Shown here: positions 1 through 9,715 of the stretch, piece by piece | Layout: each line of letters opens with the position of its first letter | How positions within the stretch are numbered: position 1 is the stretch's first letter | Source: an uncultured Anaerolineales bacterium | GTDB lineage: Bacteria > Chloroflexota > Anaerolineae > CG2-30-64-16 | Length of the DNA stretch: 63,159 nt | Direction of reading: 5' to 3' | Assembly: GCA_964387985.1 (NCBI GenBank) | Contig: CAYLZG010000008.1 | Location: 1-63,159, forward strand | The notes under the pieces: generated by a model | The model's input: only the letters and a program-made list of their open reading frames with translations | What the model was told of the DNA's origin: nothing | Database searches by the model: none | Made by a program: the position numbers and the translations under genes

Positions 1-27
1 TCACCTCTTCACGGAAGGGGGAGACGT

Positions 28-1209
28 ATGGAAGATATCATGGCCCTGGAAGGGCAGCATGTGTTGCAGACGTATGCGCGGCCGCCGTTCGTGCTGGACC
101 ACGGCCAGGGGTGCTGGGTGTACGACGCGGACGGCAACGCGTACCTGGACTGTGTGGCGGGCATTGCCGTCAACGCGCTAGGCCATGCGCACCCGGCCCT
201 CGTCGCCGCGCTGACCGGGCAGGCGGGCAAGCTATGGCACACATCCAACCTGTACCACACTGCGCCGCACGCCCGGCTTGCTGCACGGCTGTGCGCGGGC
301 AGCTTCGCAGACCGCGTCTTCTTCTGCAACTCGGGCGCGGAGGCAAACGAGGGCGCATTCAAGTTCGCGCGCAAGTGGGCGCATGACCACTATGGGCCGG
401 AGAAGCACGTCATCGTCGCGTTCACCAATGCGTTCCACGGGCGCACCTTCGGCGCATTGGCAGCAACCCCGCGCGAGAAGTACCAGGCGCCCTTCCGCCC
501 GCTGCTGCCCGGCGTGCGCATCGCCCCCTTCAACGACCTGGCCGGCGCCGCGGCCGCGTTCGACGACAGCGTGTGTGCGGCCATCGTCGAGCCGGTGCAG
601 GGCGAGGGCGGCGTCCACCCGGCGACGCCGGAGTTCCTCGCGGGCCTGCGCGACCTGTGCGACCGGCACAACGCGCTGCTGATCTTCGACGAGGTGCAGT
701 GCGGTGTCGGGCGCAGCGGCAAGCTGTGGGCGTACCAGGGCTACGGCGTCATCCCCGACCTGCTGACCGCCGCGAAGCCGCTCGCGGGCGGCCTGCCGAT
801 GGGCGCGATCCTGATGCGCGAGGCAGTCGCCGCGGTCATGCACCCGGGCGATCACGGCAGCACGTTTGCCGGCTCGCCACTCGTCGCCTCGGTCGCAGAG
901 GCCCTGCTCGACCAGGTGGACCGGCCCGAGTTCCTGGCGGAGGTGGCGGCCAAGGGCGAGTACCTCAAGGAGCGGCTGGAGGAACTCAACTCGCCGCACA
1001 TCACTGAGGTGCGCGGCCGCGGGCTGATGGTCGGTGCAGACCTGGACATCCCGGCGGCGGATGTCGTCAACACGGGGTATCGCCACGGCCTGCTGCTCGT
1101 CAACGCCGGCCCGCAGACGCTCCGCTTCGTGCCCCCGCTGATCATCACGCGTGCGGAGATCGACACGCTCATCGAGCGGCTGACGGCGATATTGACCGAA
1201 TTGGGGTGA
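28..1209 (+). CDS. argD: acetylornithine aminotransferase (class III PLP aminotransferase)
   Basis: 393-aa ORF with a GGGGGAG run 4 nt upstream of the ATG. Class-III aminotransferase motifs are present (FFCNSGAEANEGAFKFARKW, FDEVQCGVGRSGK). It sits in a cluster with argG and argJ. Confidence 0.9.
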   Translation: MEDIMALEGQHVLQTYARPPFVLDHGQGCWVYDADGNAYLDCVAGIAVNALGHAHPALVAALTGQAGKLWHTSNLYHTAPHARLAARLCAGSFADRVFFCNSGAEANEGAFKFARKWAHDHYGPEKHVIVAFTNAFHGRTFGALAATPREKYQAPFRPLLPGVRIAPFNDLAGAAAAFDDSVCAAIVEPVQGEGGVHPATPEFLAGLRDLCDRHNALLIFDEVQCGVGRSGKLWAYQGYGVIPDLLTAAKPLAGGLPMGAILMREAVAAVMHPGDHGSTFAGSPLVASVAEALLDQVDRPEFLAEVAAKGEYLKERLEELNSPHITEVRGRGLMVGADLDIPAADVVNTGYRHGLLLVNAGPQTLRFVPPLIITRAEIDTLIERLTAILTELG

Positions 1210-1213
1210 ACCC

Positions 1214-1237
1214 GGGGCGAACACGCAGGTTCGCCCC
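1214..1237 (+). terminator. perfect 9-bp stem-loop immediately after the argD stop
   Basis: GGGGCGAAC (1214-1222), 6-nt loop, GTTCGCCCC (1229-1237). There is no clear T-tract, so it may be a processing or attenuation hairpin rather than a full terminator. Confidence 0.4.
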
Positions 1238-1259
1238 TACACAAGATGGTGGACATGGG

Positions 1260-1838
1260 ATGATGGATATACATATACGCAAGGCCACTGAGGCCGACAT
1301 CGAGTCGATCCTGGCGATCATTAACGCTTATGCGGCGCAGAACCTGATGCTGCCCCGCACGCCGGAACAGATTCGCCGCGTGCTACATAAGTTCCTGGTG
1401 GCAGAGCAGGCGTCCCCCGGCGGGAGTCAACGCGTGGTCGGCTGCGGTTCCAACGTCGAGCTCACGCCTGAACTCACGGAGCTGCGCTCGCTGGCCGTCG
1501 CGCCGGACCAGCGCGGCACCGGCCTCGGCCGGCGGCTCGTCCACGCGCTCATCGAGCAGGCGCGCGCGGACGGGTACGACACGATCTGCGCGCTGACCCT
1601 GAGCGAGGAGTTCTTCAACCGCTGCGGCTTCACGATCGTGGATCGCTGGTCCATCTCCCCCAAAATCTGGCACGAGTGCGTGTACTGCCCGAAGTTCGAT
1701 GCGTGCGACGAGATCGCCGTGGCGATGAACCTGACCGAGACGGCCCCGGCCTTGGCTCCGCTCCCACCCGAAGTCAGCCTGGAGTTGTGGCAGGCGCTCA
1801 AGTTTGGCCGGCTGCAGATGCTCCGGCAAAAAGTATGA
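1260..1838 (+). CDS. GNAT-family N-acetyltransferase, ArgA-like short amino-acid N-acetyltransferase
   Basis: The ATG at 1260 (MMDIHIRKATEADIESIL...) lies downstream of the hairpin, whereas the track start at 1206 would run through it. A GNAT acetyl-CoA loop is present (QRGTGLGRRLV), as is a C-terminal CxxCPKFxxCDE motif that I recall from COG1246-type enzymes. The arg-cluster context fits. Confidence 0.7.
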   Translation: MMDIHIRKATEADIESILAIINAYAAQNLMLPRTPEQIRRVLHKFLVAEQASPGGSQRVVGCGSNVELTPELTELRSLAVAPDQRGTGLGRRLVHALIEQARADGYDTICALTLSEEFFNRCGFTIVDRWSISPKIWHECVYCPKFDACDEIAVAMNLTETAPALAPLPPEVSLELWQALKFGRLQMLRQKV

Positions 1839-1843
1839 TTGGG

Positions 1844-1915
1844 AACCGCGAAGACGCAAAGGCCGCGAAGGTTATCTAAAGAAAACAACTTTGCGCTCTT
1901 CGCGTCTTAGCGGTT
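1844..1915 (+). promoter_or_regulatory. structured leader with mutually exclusive pairings upstream of the next gene
   Basis: 1844-1857 (AACCGCGAAGACGC) pairs with 1902-1915 (GCGTCTTAGCGGTT) at 13 of 14 positions. The second CGCGAAG copy (1864-1870) can instead pair with CTTCGCG (1898-1904), which overlaps the first stem's right arm. Confidence 0.3.
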
Positions 1916-1929
1916 CAAAAAGGGGAAGC

Positions 1930-2970
1930 ATGACACATACGGTACGTATTGCGCTCGTCGGCCTGGGCAACGTGGGCCGCGCGTTCCTCGATTTGATGGT
2001 CGAGAAGGCCGCGTTGCTGGCCGAACGGCACGACCTGGCACTCGTCCTGACGGCCGCGGCGGACTCCTCTGCCGCGCTGCTGGACGGCCGCGGAATCGAT
2101 CCGGCCGCTTTGCGCGGCCACAAGGCCGGCGGCGGCCGCCTGGCAACCTTCCCCGGCGCGCTCCCCGACCTGCCCTCGCCGGAGATGGTGCGCCGCGCGG
2201 AAGCCGACATGGTGCTCGATGCCTCGCCGGTCAACCTGCGCGATGGCCAGCCGGGGCTGAACTGCGTGCGCATCGCGCTGGAACGGGGGCTGCCGGTCGT
2301 GCTGGCGAACAAGGGGCCGCTCGTTCTCGCCTTCAACGAACTGACCCAGACGGCCGCGGACCGCGGCCTGGGCCTGGCTTACAGCGCGACCGTGTGCGGA
2401 GCGCTGCCGGTGGTCAACATCGGCCAGCGCGACCTGGTGGCGTGCGACATCCGCTCGGTCGCGGGCATCTTCAACTCGACCAGCAATTCTATCCTCGCAG
2501 CCATGGCCCGCGGGGAGAGCTACGCCGACGCGCTGCACCAGGCGCAGGTGGACGGCATCGCGGAGGCCGACCCGAGCCTCGATGTCGAAGGGTGGGACAC
2601 AGCGAACAAGCTGGTCATCATCGCCAACAGCATCCTGCACATGCCTGCAACGCTGGCCGATGTGCAACCTGTCACGGGCATCACCGGCATCACGCCGGAA
2701 CAGATACAGACCGAGCAAGCGCGTGGCCGCGTGGTCAAGCTCGTTGCGCGCGCGACGCGAGATCAGGCCAGCGGCGCATACCGCCTGGCCGTCCAGCCAG
2801 AATGGCTGCCCGCCGGTGATTTCCTCGCCGGCGTCAGCGGCTGGGAGATGGGCATCGTTTTCGATACCGATATCATGGGGCTGCAACAGCTCAAAGTGGA
2901 CGAACGCGGCCCTGTGCCGACCGCTGGCGCGATGCTGCGCGATGTGATCCGGCTTGCGACTCAATCCTAA
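1930..2970 (+). CDS. homoserine dehydrogenase family protein (no ACT domain)
   Basis: The ATG at 1930 ([19 protein letters not shown]) gives an N-terminal Rossmann GxGxxG motif. Hom-like core motifs are present ([47 protein letters not shown]). Confidence 0.7.
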   Translation: MTHTVRIALVGLGNVGRAFLDLMVEKAALLAERHDLALVLTAAADSSAALLDGRGIDPAALRGHKAGGGRLATFPGALPDLPSPEMVRRAEADMVLDASPVNLRDGQPGLNCVRIALERGLPVVLANKGPLVLAFNELTQTAADRGLGLAYSATVCGALPVVNIGQRDLVACDIRSVAGIFNSTSNSILAAMARGESYADALHQAQVDGIAEADPSLDVEGWDTANKLVIIANSILHMPATLADVQPVTGITGITPEQIQTEQARGRVVKLVARATRDQASGAYRLAVQPEWLPAGDFLAGVSGWEMGIVFDTDIMGLQQLKVDERGPVPTAGAMLRDVIRLATQS

Positions 2971-2990
2971 TCTCGAGGAGTATCCCCCCA

Positions 2991-4256
<1,266 letters not shown>

Positions 4257-4260
4257 CGCA

Positions 4261-4364
4261 AGAATTATGAATTACGAATGAGGAATTAGAGATGAGTAAC
4301 GAGTAGCGAGTAGGAAGTAATCGTCGTCTGTCCCGCTTTACTCTCTACTTGTTACTCGTTACTC
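4261..4364 (+). repeat. AT-rich heptamer-periodic element folding into a 27-bp hairpin (argG-argJ spacer)
   Basis: Nine consecutive 7-nt units: agaatta, tgaatta, cgaatga, ggaatta, gagatga, gtaacga, gtagcga, gtaggaa, gtaatcg. 4294-4320 pairs with 4338-4364 (23 Watson-Crick pairs, 3 G-T, 1 mismatch) around a 17-nt loop, followed by TTTGCTCGTTTGTG. Confidence 0.6.
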
Positions 4365-4389
4365 TTTGCTCGTTTGTGAGGAGCACATC

Positions 4390-5562
4390 ATGACCGACCA
4401 GATTCCACGCGGCTTCCGGTTCGCCGGTGTGGCGGCGGGCATCAAGAAGAGCGGCGCGGCGGACCTGGCGCTGATCATCAGCGACCGGCCGTGCAATGCA
4501 GCTGCCGTGTTCACGCGCAATGCGTTCCCCGCGGCGCCTGTGCAATACGACCGCGCACTGCTGACCGAACAGCCGGCCGGCTTGCGCGGCGTGGCCATCA
4601 ACTCCGGCTGCGCGAATGCATGCACAGGCGAGGACGGGCTGGCCGATGCAGCTGCGATGGCCGCCAGTGCAGAGGCAGCGGCCGGATTGCCGCCGAGGTC
4701 GGTCGCGGTGATGTCCACCGGCGTCATCGGCCCGCGGCTGCCGATGGCAAAGATCACCGTGGGGCTGGCCGCAGCGGCCGCGCAGCTCTCGCCGGACGGC
4801 TGGGACGTCGCCTCGCTCGCTATTATGACAACTGACACGCGACCGAAGGTGGCCTTCCGCCAGGTCGACGGCATCCGGTTGTTCGGCATGGCGAAGGGCG
4901 CGGGCATGATTCACCCGAACATGGCGACCATGCTCGCAACTGTCGTCACCGACGCGGACATTGCGGCGGATACGCTGGGCAGTCTGTTGCGCAAAGCGGT
5001 CGCGGGCAGCTTCAACAGCATCAGCATCGACGGCGACACCAGCACAAACGACACTTTGCTCCTGCTGGCAAACGGTGCGGCCGGGCCGGTGAATACCGAC
5101 CGGTTTGCAGCCACGCTGACCGACCTCTGCGCCGACCTCGCGCGGCAGATCGTGCGCGACGGCGAGGGCGCGACAAAGTTCATTACCGTCACGGTGCAGG
5201 GCGCAGCGTCGGATGAAGATGCAGGGCGCGCGGCGAAGGCCGTCGCCAACTCCCCGCTGGTCAAGACCGCTTTCTACGGCGGCGATGCCAACTGGGGCCG
5301 CATCCTCGCCGCGGTGGGGTATTCCGGCGCAGAGGTCGACCCCGCGCGCGCGGACTTGTGGATCGAGGGCGAACGCGGTAAGCTGCAACTGGTGGCCGCA
5401 GGCCAGCCGCTTGCCTATTCGGAAGAGCTGGCGACCGCCATCTTCCAGGGCGCGGAAATCAGCGTGACCGTGGAGCTGGGGCTGGCTGAGGGCCGTGCGA
5501 CCGTCTGGACGTGCGACCTGAGCCACGCATACGTGGATATCAACGGGAGCTACCGGACGTAG
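4390..5562 (+). CDS. argJ: bifunctional ornithine acetyltransferase / N-acetylglutamate synthase
   Basis: The ATG at 4390 follows a GAGGAG RBS. ArgJ hallmarks are present (GFRFAGVAAGIKKSG, autoprocessing region GMIHPNMATMLA, ANWGRILAAVG). Confidence 0.9.
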   Translation: MTDQIPRGFRFAGVAAGIKKSGAADLALIISDRPCNAAAVFTRNAFPAAPVQYDRALLTEQPAGLRGVAINSGCANACTGEDGLADAAAMAASAEAAAGLPPRSVAVMSTGVIGPRLPMAKITVGLAAAAAQLSPDGWDVASLAIMTTDTRPKVAFRQVDGIRLFGMAKGAGMIHPNMATMLATVVTDADIAADTLGSLLRKAVAGSFNSISIDGDTSTNDTLLLLANGAAGPVNTDRFAATLTDLCADLARQIVRDGEGATKFITVTVQGAASDEDAGRAAKAVANSPLVKTAFYGGDANWGRILAAVGYSGAEVDPARADLWIEGERGKLQLVAAGQPLAYSEELATAIFQGAEISVTVELGLAEGRATVWTCDLSHAYVDINGSYRT

Positions 5563-5589
5563 GACCATCTGTGAGTTGAGGAGGCTACA

Positions 5590-6549
5590 ATGAACTATCG
5601 ACGATTGGGACGCACTGGACTGAAGGTGTCGGAGTTGTGCCTGGGCACGATGCAGTGGGGCTGGACCGCGAACGAGGAAGAATCGTTCACGGTCATGGAC
5701 GCCTTCGTGGAGGCGGGCGGGAATTTCCTCGATACGGCGGACGTCTACTCCCGCTGGGTCGAGGGCAACCCGGGCGGCGTGTCGGAGCAGATCATCGGCC
5801 GCTGGCTGAAGGCGCGCGGCAACCGCCAGGATGTCGTTGTGGCGACGAAGGCGCGCGGGCGGATGTGGGACGGGCCCAACGGCGAAGGCCTGAGCCGCGG
5901 CCACCTGGTGCGTGCGTGCGAGGACTCGCTGCGCCGGCTGGGAACCGATTACATCGATCTGTACCAGACCCACTCGGATGACCGCGACACGCCGCTGGAC
6001 GAGACGCTGCGGGCCCTCGATGACCTCGTGCGGGCAGGCAAGGTGCGCTACGTGGGCTGCTCGAACTATCAGGCCTGGCGGCTGTGCGGTGCGCTATGGA
6101 CAAGCGAGAAGCACCGCCTGGTGCGGTTCGACTCCATCCAGCCGCACTACAACCTGGCACACCGCGCCGAGTTCGAGCGCGAGCTGCTGCCGCTCTGCAA
6201 CGACCAGGGCTTGGGCATCATCCCCTACAGCCCGCTTGCCGGCGGATTCCTGACGGGCAAGTACCGCCGCGACAGCGTGCCGGACAGCCAGCGGGCGGAA
6301 GGAATCAAGCAACGCTACTTCAACGACCGCGGCTTCGCCATCGTGGATGCGCTCGATCGCGTGGCGCAGGCGCATGGCAGCACGCCCACTGCGGTCGCGC
6401 TGGCTTGGCTCCTCGCGCAGCCGGGCATGACCGCGCCCATCATCGGCGCGAACTCACCGGAACAGCTCCACGCCAGCCTTACCGCGACCGAGCTGAAGCT
6501 CACCTCCGAGGATCTGGCAGCGCTGAACGACGCGAGCAAGTGGGAATAA
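5590..6549 (+). CDS. aldo/keto reductase
   Basis: 319 aa. AKR motifs are present ([50 protein letters not shown]). GAGGAGG RBS upstream. Confidence 0.85.
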   Translation: MNYRRLGRTGLKVSELCLGTMQWGWTANEEESFTVMDAFVEAGGNFLDTADVYSRWVEGNPGGVSEQIIGRWLKARGNRQDVVVATKARGRMWDGPNGEGLSRGHLVRACEDSLRRLGTDYIDLYQTHSDDRDTPLDETLRALDDLVRAGKVRYVGCSNYQAWRLCGALWTSEKHRLVRFDSIQPHYNLAHRAEFERELLPLCNDQGLGIIPYSPLAGGFLTGKYRRDSVPDSQRAEGIKQRYFNDRGFAIVDALDRVAQAHGSTPTAVALAWLLAQPGMTAPIIGANSPEQLHASLTATELKLTSEDLAALNDASKWE

Positions 6550-6618
6550 CTTAACTCACCCCAGATTGTTGTCTGTGTTGTGCACACGGCTGACAAAAAC
6601 TTTACCTGTTTCGAGCAT

Positions 6619-6656
6619 GGCGGGCGGAGCATCATCTTCTGCCACTACCGCCCGCC
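6619..6656. terminator. GC-rich hairpin between convergent genes
   Basis: GGCGGGCGG (6619-6627) and CCGCCCGCC (6648-6656) with a 20-nt loop. The right arm overlaps the last codons and the TAG of the extended rhodanese frame. Confidence 0.35.
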
Positions 6657-7229
6657 AACCATTGGAAGTCCAGCCGCGATCCAGCCGGCTGTCCCTCCCT
6701 TGAGTGCCGCCACATCCGCAAATCCCATCTCCTGAAGCATTTGCGCCGCACGGGCGCTAGTCGATTCGCCCCCTCAGTCGCAACTTGTCACGATCGCCTG
6801 TCCACGATCCAGGTTTTGGGCCATTGCAGTGATTTCACCTAGTTTGACAAGCTGCGAACCCGGAATGTGTTGCTTTTCATACTGATCTGCCGTGCGGATC
6901 TCCCATACGAGAGGTGGGTTTGATTCGCCTAAACGGCGTTGCAGCTCAACCGGCGAAATGCGCGGCACTTCAGCTTGTGGTGACGCGGGCTTGACGACCG
7001 CCGTTGCCATAGCCGGATCAGGTGCAGCCGGGGCAATGGCCAATCTGGTCGGCGGCGCAGCCTGGGCAACGGGCTGCGAGGTCAAGCGCGTAAAGTTTGG
7101 CGTAATAACGACAGGCTGAGCCGAGATGTTCGCAGCTCCCGACGCTCCTGGACGCAACAGCAGCCAAATGCCCAAGGCAACCACCACCAGGCCAGCCGCC
7201 AACATAAGCACACCGACGGATCTCCGCAT
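6645..7229 (-). CDS. membrane-anchored rhodanese-domain protein with an in-frame TGA in the active-site loop (candidate selenoprotein, or nonsense pseudogene)
   Basis: The ATG at 7229 follows an AGGAAGG RBS and is followed by an N-terminal TM helix (VGVLMLAAGLVVVALGIWLLL). The track ORF stops at the TGA at 6774-6776. The same frame then continues for 43 codons, GGESTSARAAQMLQEMGFADVAALKGGTAGWIAAGLPMVGGR, to a TAG at 6645-6647. That stretch is the expected C-terminal half of a rhodanese fold. Confidence 0.65.
6774..6776 (-). other. in-frame TGA codon (Sec candidate or nonsense mutation)
   Basis: The local context reads VTS-C-D-TGA-G-G-E-S, which matches the rhodanese CxxGxxS loop spacing. I verified the frame triplet by triplet across 6645-6776. 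Confidence 0.7.
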
Positions 7230-7286
7230 CGTGACCTTCCTAACAGCGAATAAGCCGGAGGGGTCCGGCAATTCGAGTCCGTCCTA

Positions 7287-8465
7287 CTAACGACCCCACA
7301 TGAGGTAGCTCCAGGACAGTCCGTGCTGCGACGTGCTGCCACGCGTCACTAATGGCAGCCAGACCCGATAAAGGGCCGGGCTTGTAGTGACCGTTGCGGT
7401 GGACGTCGCAGTCTCCTCAGGCGTCGCGCTGGGCGTGAGCGTCGCGGTCGAAGTACCAGGCTCAGGTGTCAGCGTAACGGTCGGGGTCGACGTTACGGTT
7501 GACGTCGGAGTGGACGTGTGCGTAGCGGTCAGCGTGGAGGTCACAGTCGGTGTGTGCGTGGCGGTCGGCGTGGAGGTCACAGACGGCGTATTCGTCACGG
7601 TTGGAGTTTGGGTACGAGTCGGCGTACGCGTGGCCGTGCCCGTCTGGATCGGCGTGCGGGTTATCGTCGGTGTGCGCGTTACCGTCGATGTGGGGGTCAC
7701 CGTTGGCGTTCGGGTCACGGTCGAAGTAGGCGTCGGAGTCCACGTCTGGACCGGTGTCTCGGTGATGGTGCTGGTGGCGGTCGGCGTGAATGTCGACCCT
7801 GCATGCGGCGTGTAGGTCAGATACCCCGTCTTCAGCGTCATCGTGTACTTGATCGCCTGGGGCGAACTGACAAAACTACCGGGACTGGCACGAAAAGTGA
7901 TCGTCGTATCGGCAGTAGGCGTCCCGCCTGCCGGACAGTTCGGCACTGCCTTGGTTTGCACCGTGAACGACGCCAGAAGGCCTTGTGAGGCTGTAACATA
8001 AGGAGGCTGAATTAAGAGCAGGCCCGCCTGGATGTGAAGCACGTTGCCGGAAAGCGAGACCTTGGGGTTTGGATTGAATGCCGGAATCGAGGTCGGAGGC
8101 GCCGGCCAAAGACCGCCAGCCAGACTCATCAGCACCGGCGCTGTCGCGAATTTGCAGGCATCGAGCTGCAGGTCGATCTGCCAGGCTGCCTTTTCGCCGC
8201 TGCCGGCGTCACGCATGCGCACCTCGAAAGTGACGGCACTGTTACCGGGCGCGGGGATGGGGTTGCCGGCAGTCGCTTCTGCACCGCCCGGATGCGCGAT
8301 GAAGAACGTGGCAGGGTCGGCCGCGGGCACCAGAACGGCGCGCGTTTGTGCTCGACTCCCGGCCATCGGCTCCCCAGACGCGGCCTGGCCCACGGCGGGC
8401 AATGCCCAAGTTGCCAATAAGCCGATCAAAATCACAACAAGCAACCATGTGCTATGGCGTCTCAT
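7287..8465 (-). CDS. secreted divergent cohesin-like protein with long Thr/Pro linker and WLPLV tail
   Basis: The ATG at 8465 follows an AAGGAG RBS, with a signal peptide [28 protein letters not shown]. An N-terminal beta-sandwich resembles the neighbouring cohesin modules ([13 protein letters not shown]). About 150 aa of TPT repeats follow. The protein ends ...[12 protein letters not shown] plus 18 aa. Confidence 0.7.
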   Translation of the reverse strand: MRRHSTWLLVVILIGLLATWALPAVGQAASGEPMAGSRAQTRAVLVPAADPATFFIAHPGGAEATAGNPIPAPGNSAVTFEVRMRDAGSGEKAAWQIDLQLDACKFATAPVLMSLAGGLWPAPPTSIPAFNPNPKVSLSGNVLHIQAGLLLIQPPYVTASQGLLASFTVQTKAVPNCPAGGTPTADTTITFRASPGSFVSSPQAIKYTMTLKTGYLTYTPHAGSTFTPTATSTITETPVQTWTPTPTSTVTRTPTVTPTSTVTRTPTITRTPIQTGTATRTPTRTQTPTVTNTPSVTSTPTATHTPTVTSTLTATHTSTPTSTVTSTPTVTLTPEPGTSTATLTPSATPEETATSTATVTTSPALYRVWLPLVTRGSTSQHGLSWSYLMWGR

Positions 8466-8890
8466 AGACGACTCCTTCGCATTGTATACAGTGGTATGGC
8501 CCACAGCCGTGACCGCCAGGCCTGCACCCGGATCAGGCAACTCGTTCCAACGAGCATCGACAGGGCAACAAGCGAGCTCAGCGGCCAACTCATCTCTGAG
8601 TCCATCACTTGAACGCGCACAAGCATGATCACACTCAAGGTACTACGGCAGGAATCGGAACTCAGAGGTGTCAATCAACAGGATGACCCAACGGCCTGTT
8701 TTACCAACGGTACTGGCATCAAGCACACAAGCTGAGAGAAAATCAGCTAGCCGGTGTCCAGCAGGAGAGGGTTGCTTTGGACAGCCTCGGCGCACAAAAG
8801 CCCCAAGACGCGAGACCGCCTCACGAGAGTCGATCTCTTGCTCAGAAAACAATTAAGCGTGAACACTCCCTTTTAGCAAGTACAGAAATG

Positions 8891-8919
8891 AGTATACTCC
8901 AACTCATGGGGCAACGCAA
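8891..8919 (-). promoter_or_regulatory. possible sigma-70-type promoter TTGCGT-N17-TATACT
   Basis: On the - strand the -35 is the reverse complement of 8914-8919 and the -10 is the reverse complement of 8891-8896, with exactly 17 nt between them. This would give a ~420-nt leader before the 8465 start. Confidence 0.3.
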
Positions 8920-8978
8920 AACTTTGAACTCCAGAGGAACGCAGATGGCGTTGCCAGCGAACGTCCTAAGGCGACGCT

Positions 8979-9609
8979 TCAACGACGCATGACCAAAGGC
9001 AGAAGAACCTTCCGGCCGCCGTTTGAAATGATCGTGAAGCGGCCGTCCAGGGCGGTCACATCATACTTGGTGCCGTCCGGCGTGCTGAGGATCGCGAGGG
9101 CGAAGGCGGCGGAGGACTGGTCGGGCGGCGGGGCATCCGGATTGGGGCACGCCACCTGTGTCTTGGCCGTTAGCGTCATCGTGGCGAGCCAGGCCACCTG
9201 AGGCTGTCGTGGAGCCAGCAAGGGCCACCTGCCCCAGATCAATGCGGATGGTGTTCCCGTTCTGCTGGATTTCGGGACCAATAGGGATCAGGGAACCCGG
9301 CACCATGTAATCGCCGAAGAGAATATCTTCGACTGTGGGAGTCTCGAATGTGCATGCATCCAGCAACAACCGGACTTGCCAACCCGCCTTTGGAGACGTG
9401 CCTGCATCGCGGACACCCACCTCGAACGCCACGGCTTGACCGCCGAGGACAGTGATCGGCACAACTGAGGCATCCTGGTGGCTCTCCACATGGGCCACAA
9501 AGAAAGTGGCCAACAGGCTTTGTGCCTGGCTCCGGATGCCGGGTGCCGGAGCCAGAAACCAACTAACCAGGAACAGGATCCCCATTATCTTCGCGCACTT
9601 TTTTCCCAT
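8979..9609 (-). pseudogene. small cohesin-like secreted protein, frameshifted near 9199
   Basis: Two track ORFs (9061..9624 and 8979..9281) in different frames together make one paralogue of the 7287-8465 N-terminal domain. The span is 631 nt (3n+1). The junction is gcc tca g|gtg gcc tgg; removing one G gives ...STTASVAWLATMTLTAKT..., which matches the xxLATIxFxA cohesin strand seen in neighbouring genes. The product ends KVLLPLVMRR. Confidence 0.6.
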
Positions 9610-9626
9610 GATCGCAGCTCCCAAAG

Positions 9627-9657
9627 AAAAGGGCCGGCGCGCTATGCCGGCCCTTTT
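9627..9657 (-). terminator. rho-independent terminator after the scaffoldin-like gene
   Basis: A 12-bp stem AAAAGGGCCGGC / GCCGGCCCTTTT with a 7-nt loop. On the - strand the hairpin is followed by TTTTCTTTGGG. It lies 59 nt past the TAG at 9716-9718. Confidence 0.65.
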
Positions 9658-9715
9658 ATGCTACCACAGCAACGGTTGCAGGCCAACTAGTCAGTCAGCC
9701 TGCAATCATGAACCT

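Noticed and set aside
4261-4320. An ARG box (ArgR operator) or a TRAP-like (G/U)AG triplet array in the argG-argJ spacer.
   Set aside because: I found no 18-bp imperfect palindrome of the TNTGAATWWWWATTCANW type; only half-site-like TGAAT strings are present. The GAG/UAG spacing is irregular and TRAP is not expected outside Bacillus-like taxa. I kept it only as an unexplained structured repeat.
6645-6776. A frameshift as the explanation for the truncated rhodanese ORF.
   Set aside because: My first count suggested that the downstream rhodanese half lay in another frame. Re-indexing against the numbered lines shows 6645-6776 is exactly 44 codons in the same frame. The interruption is therefore a single in-frame TGA, not an indel.
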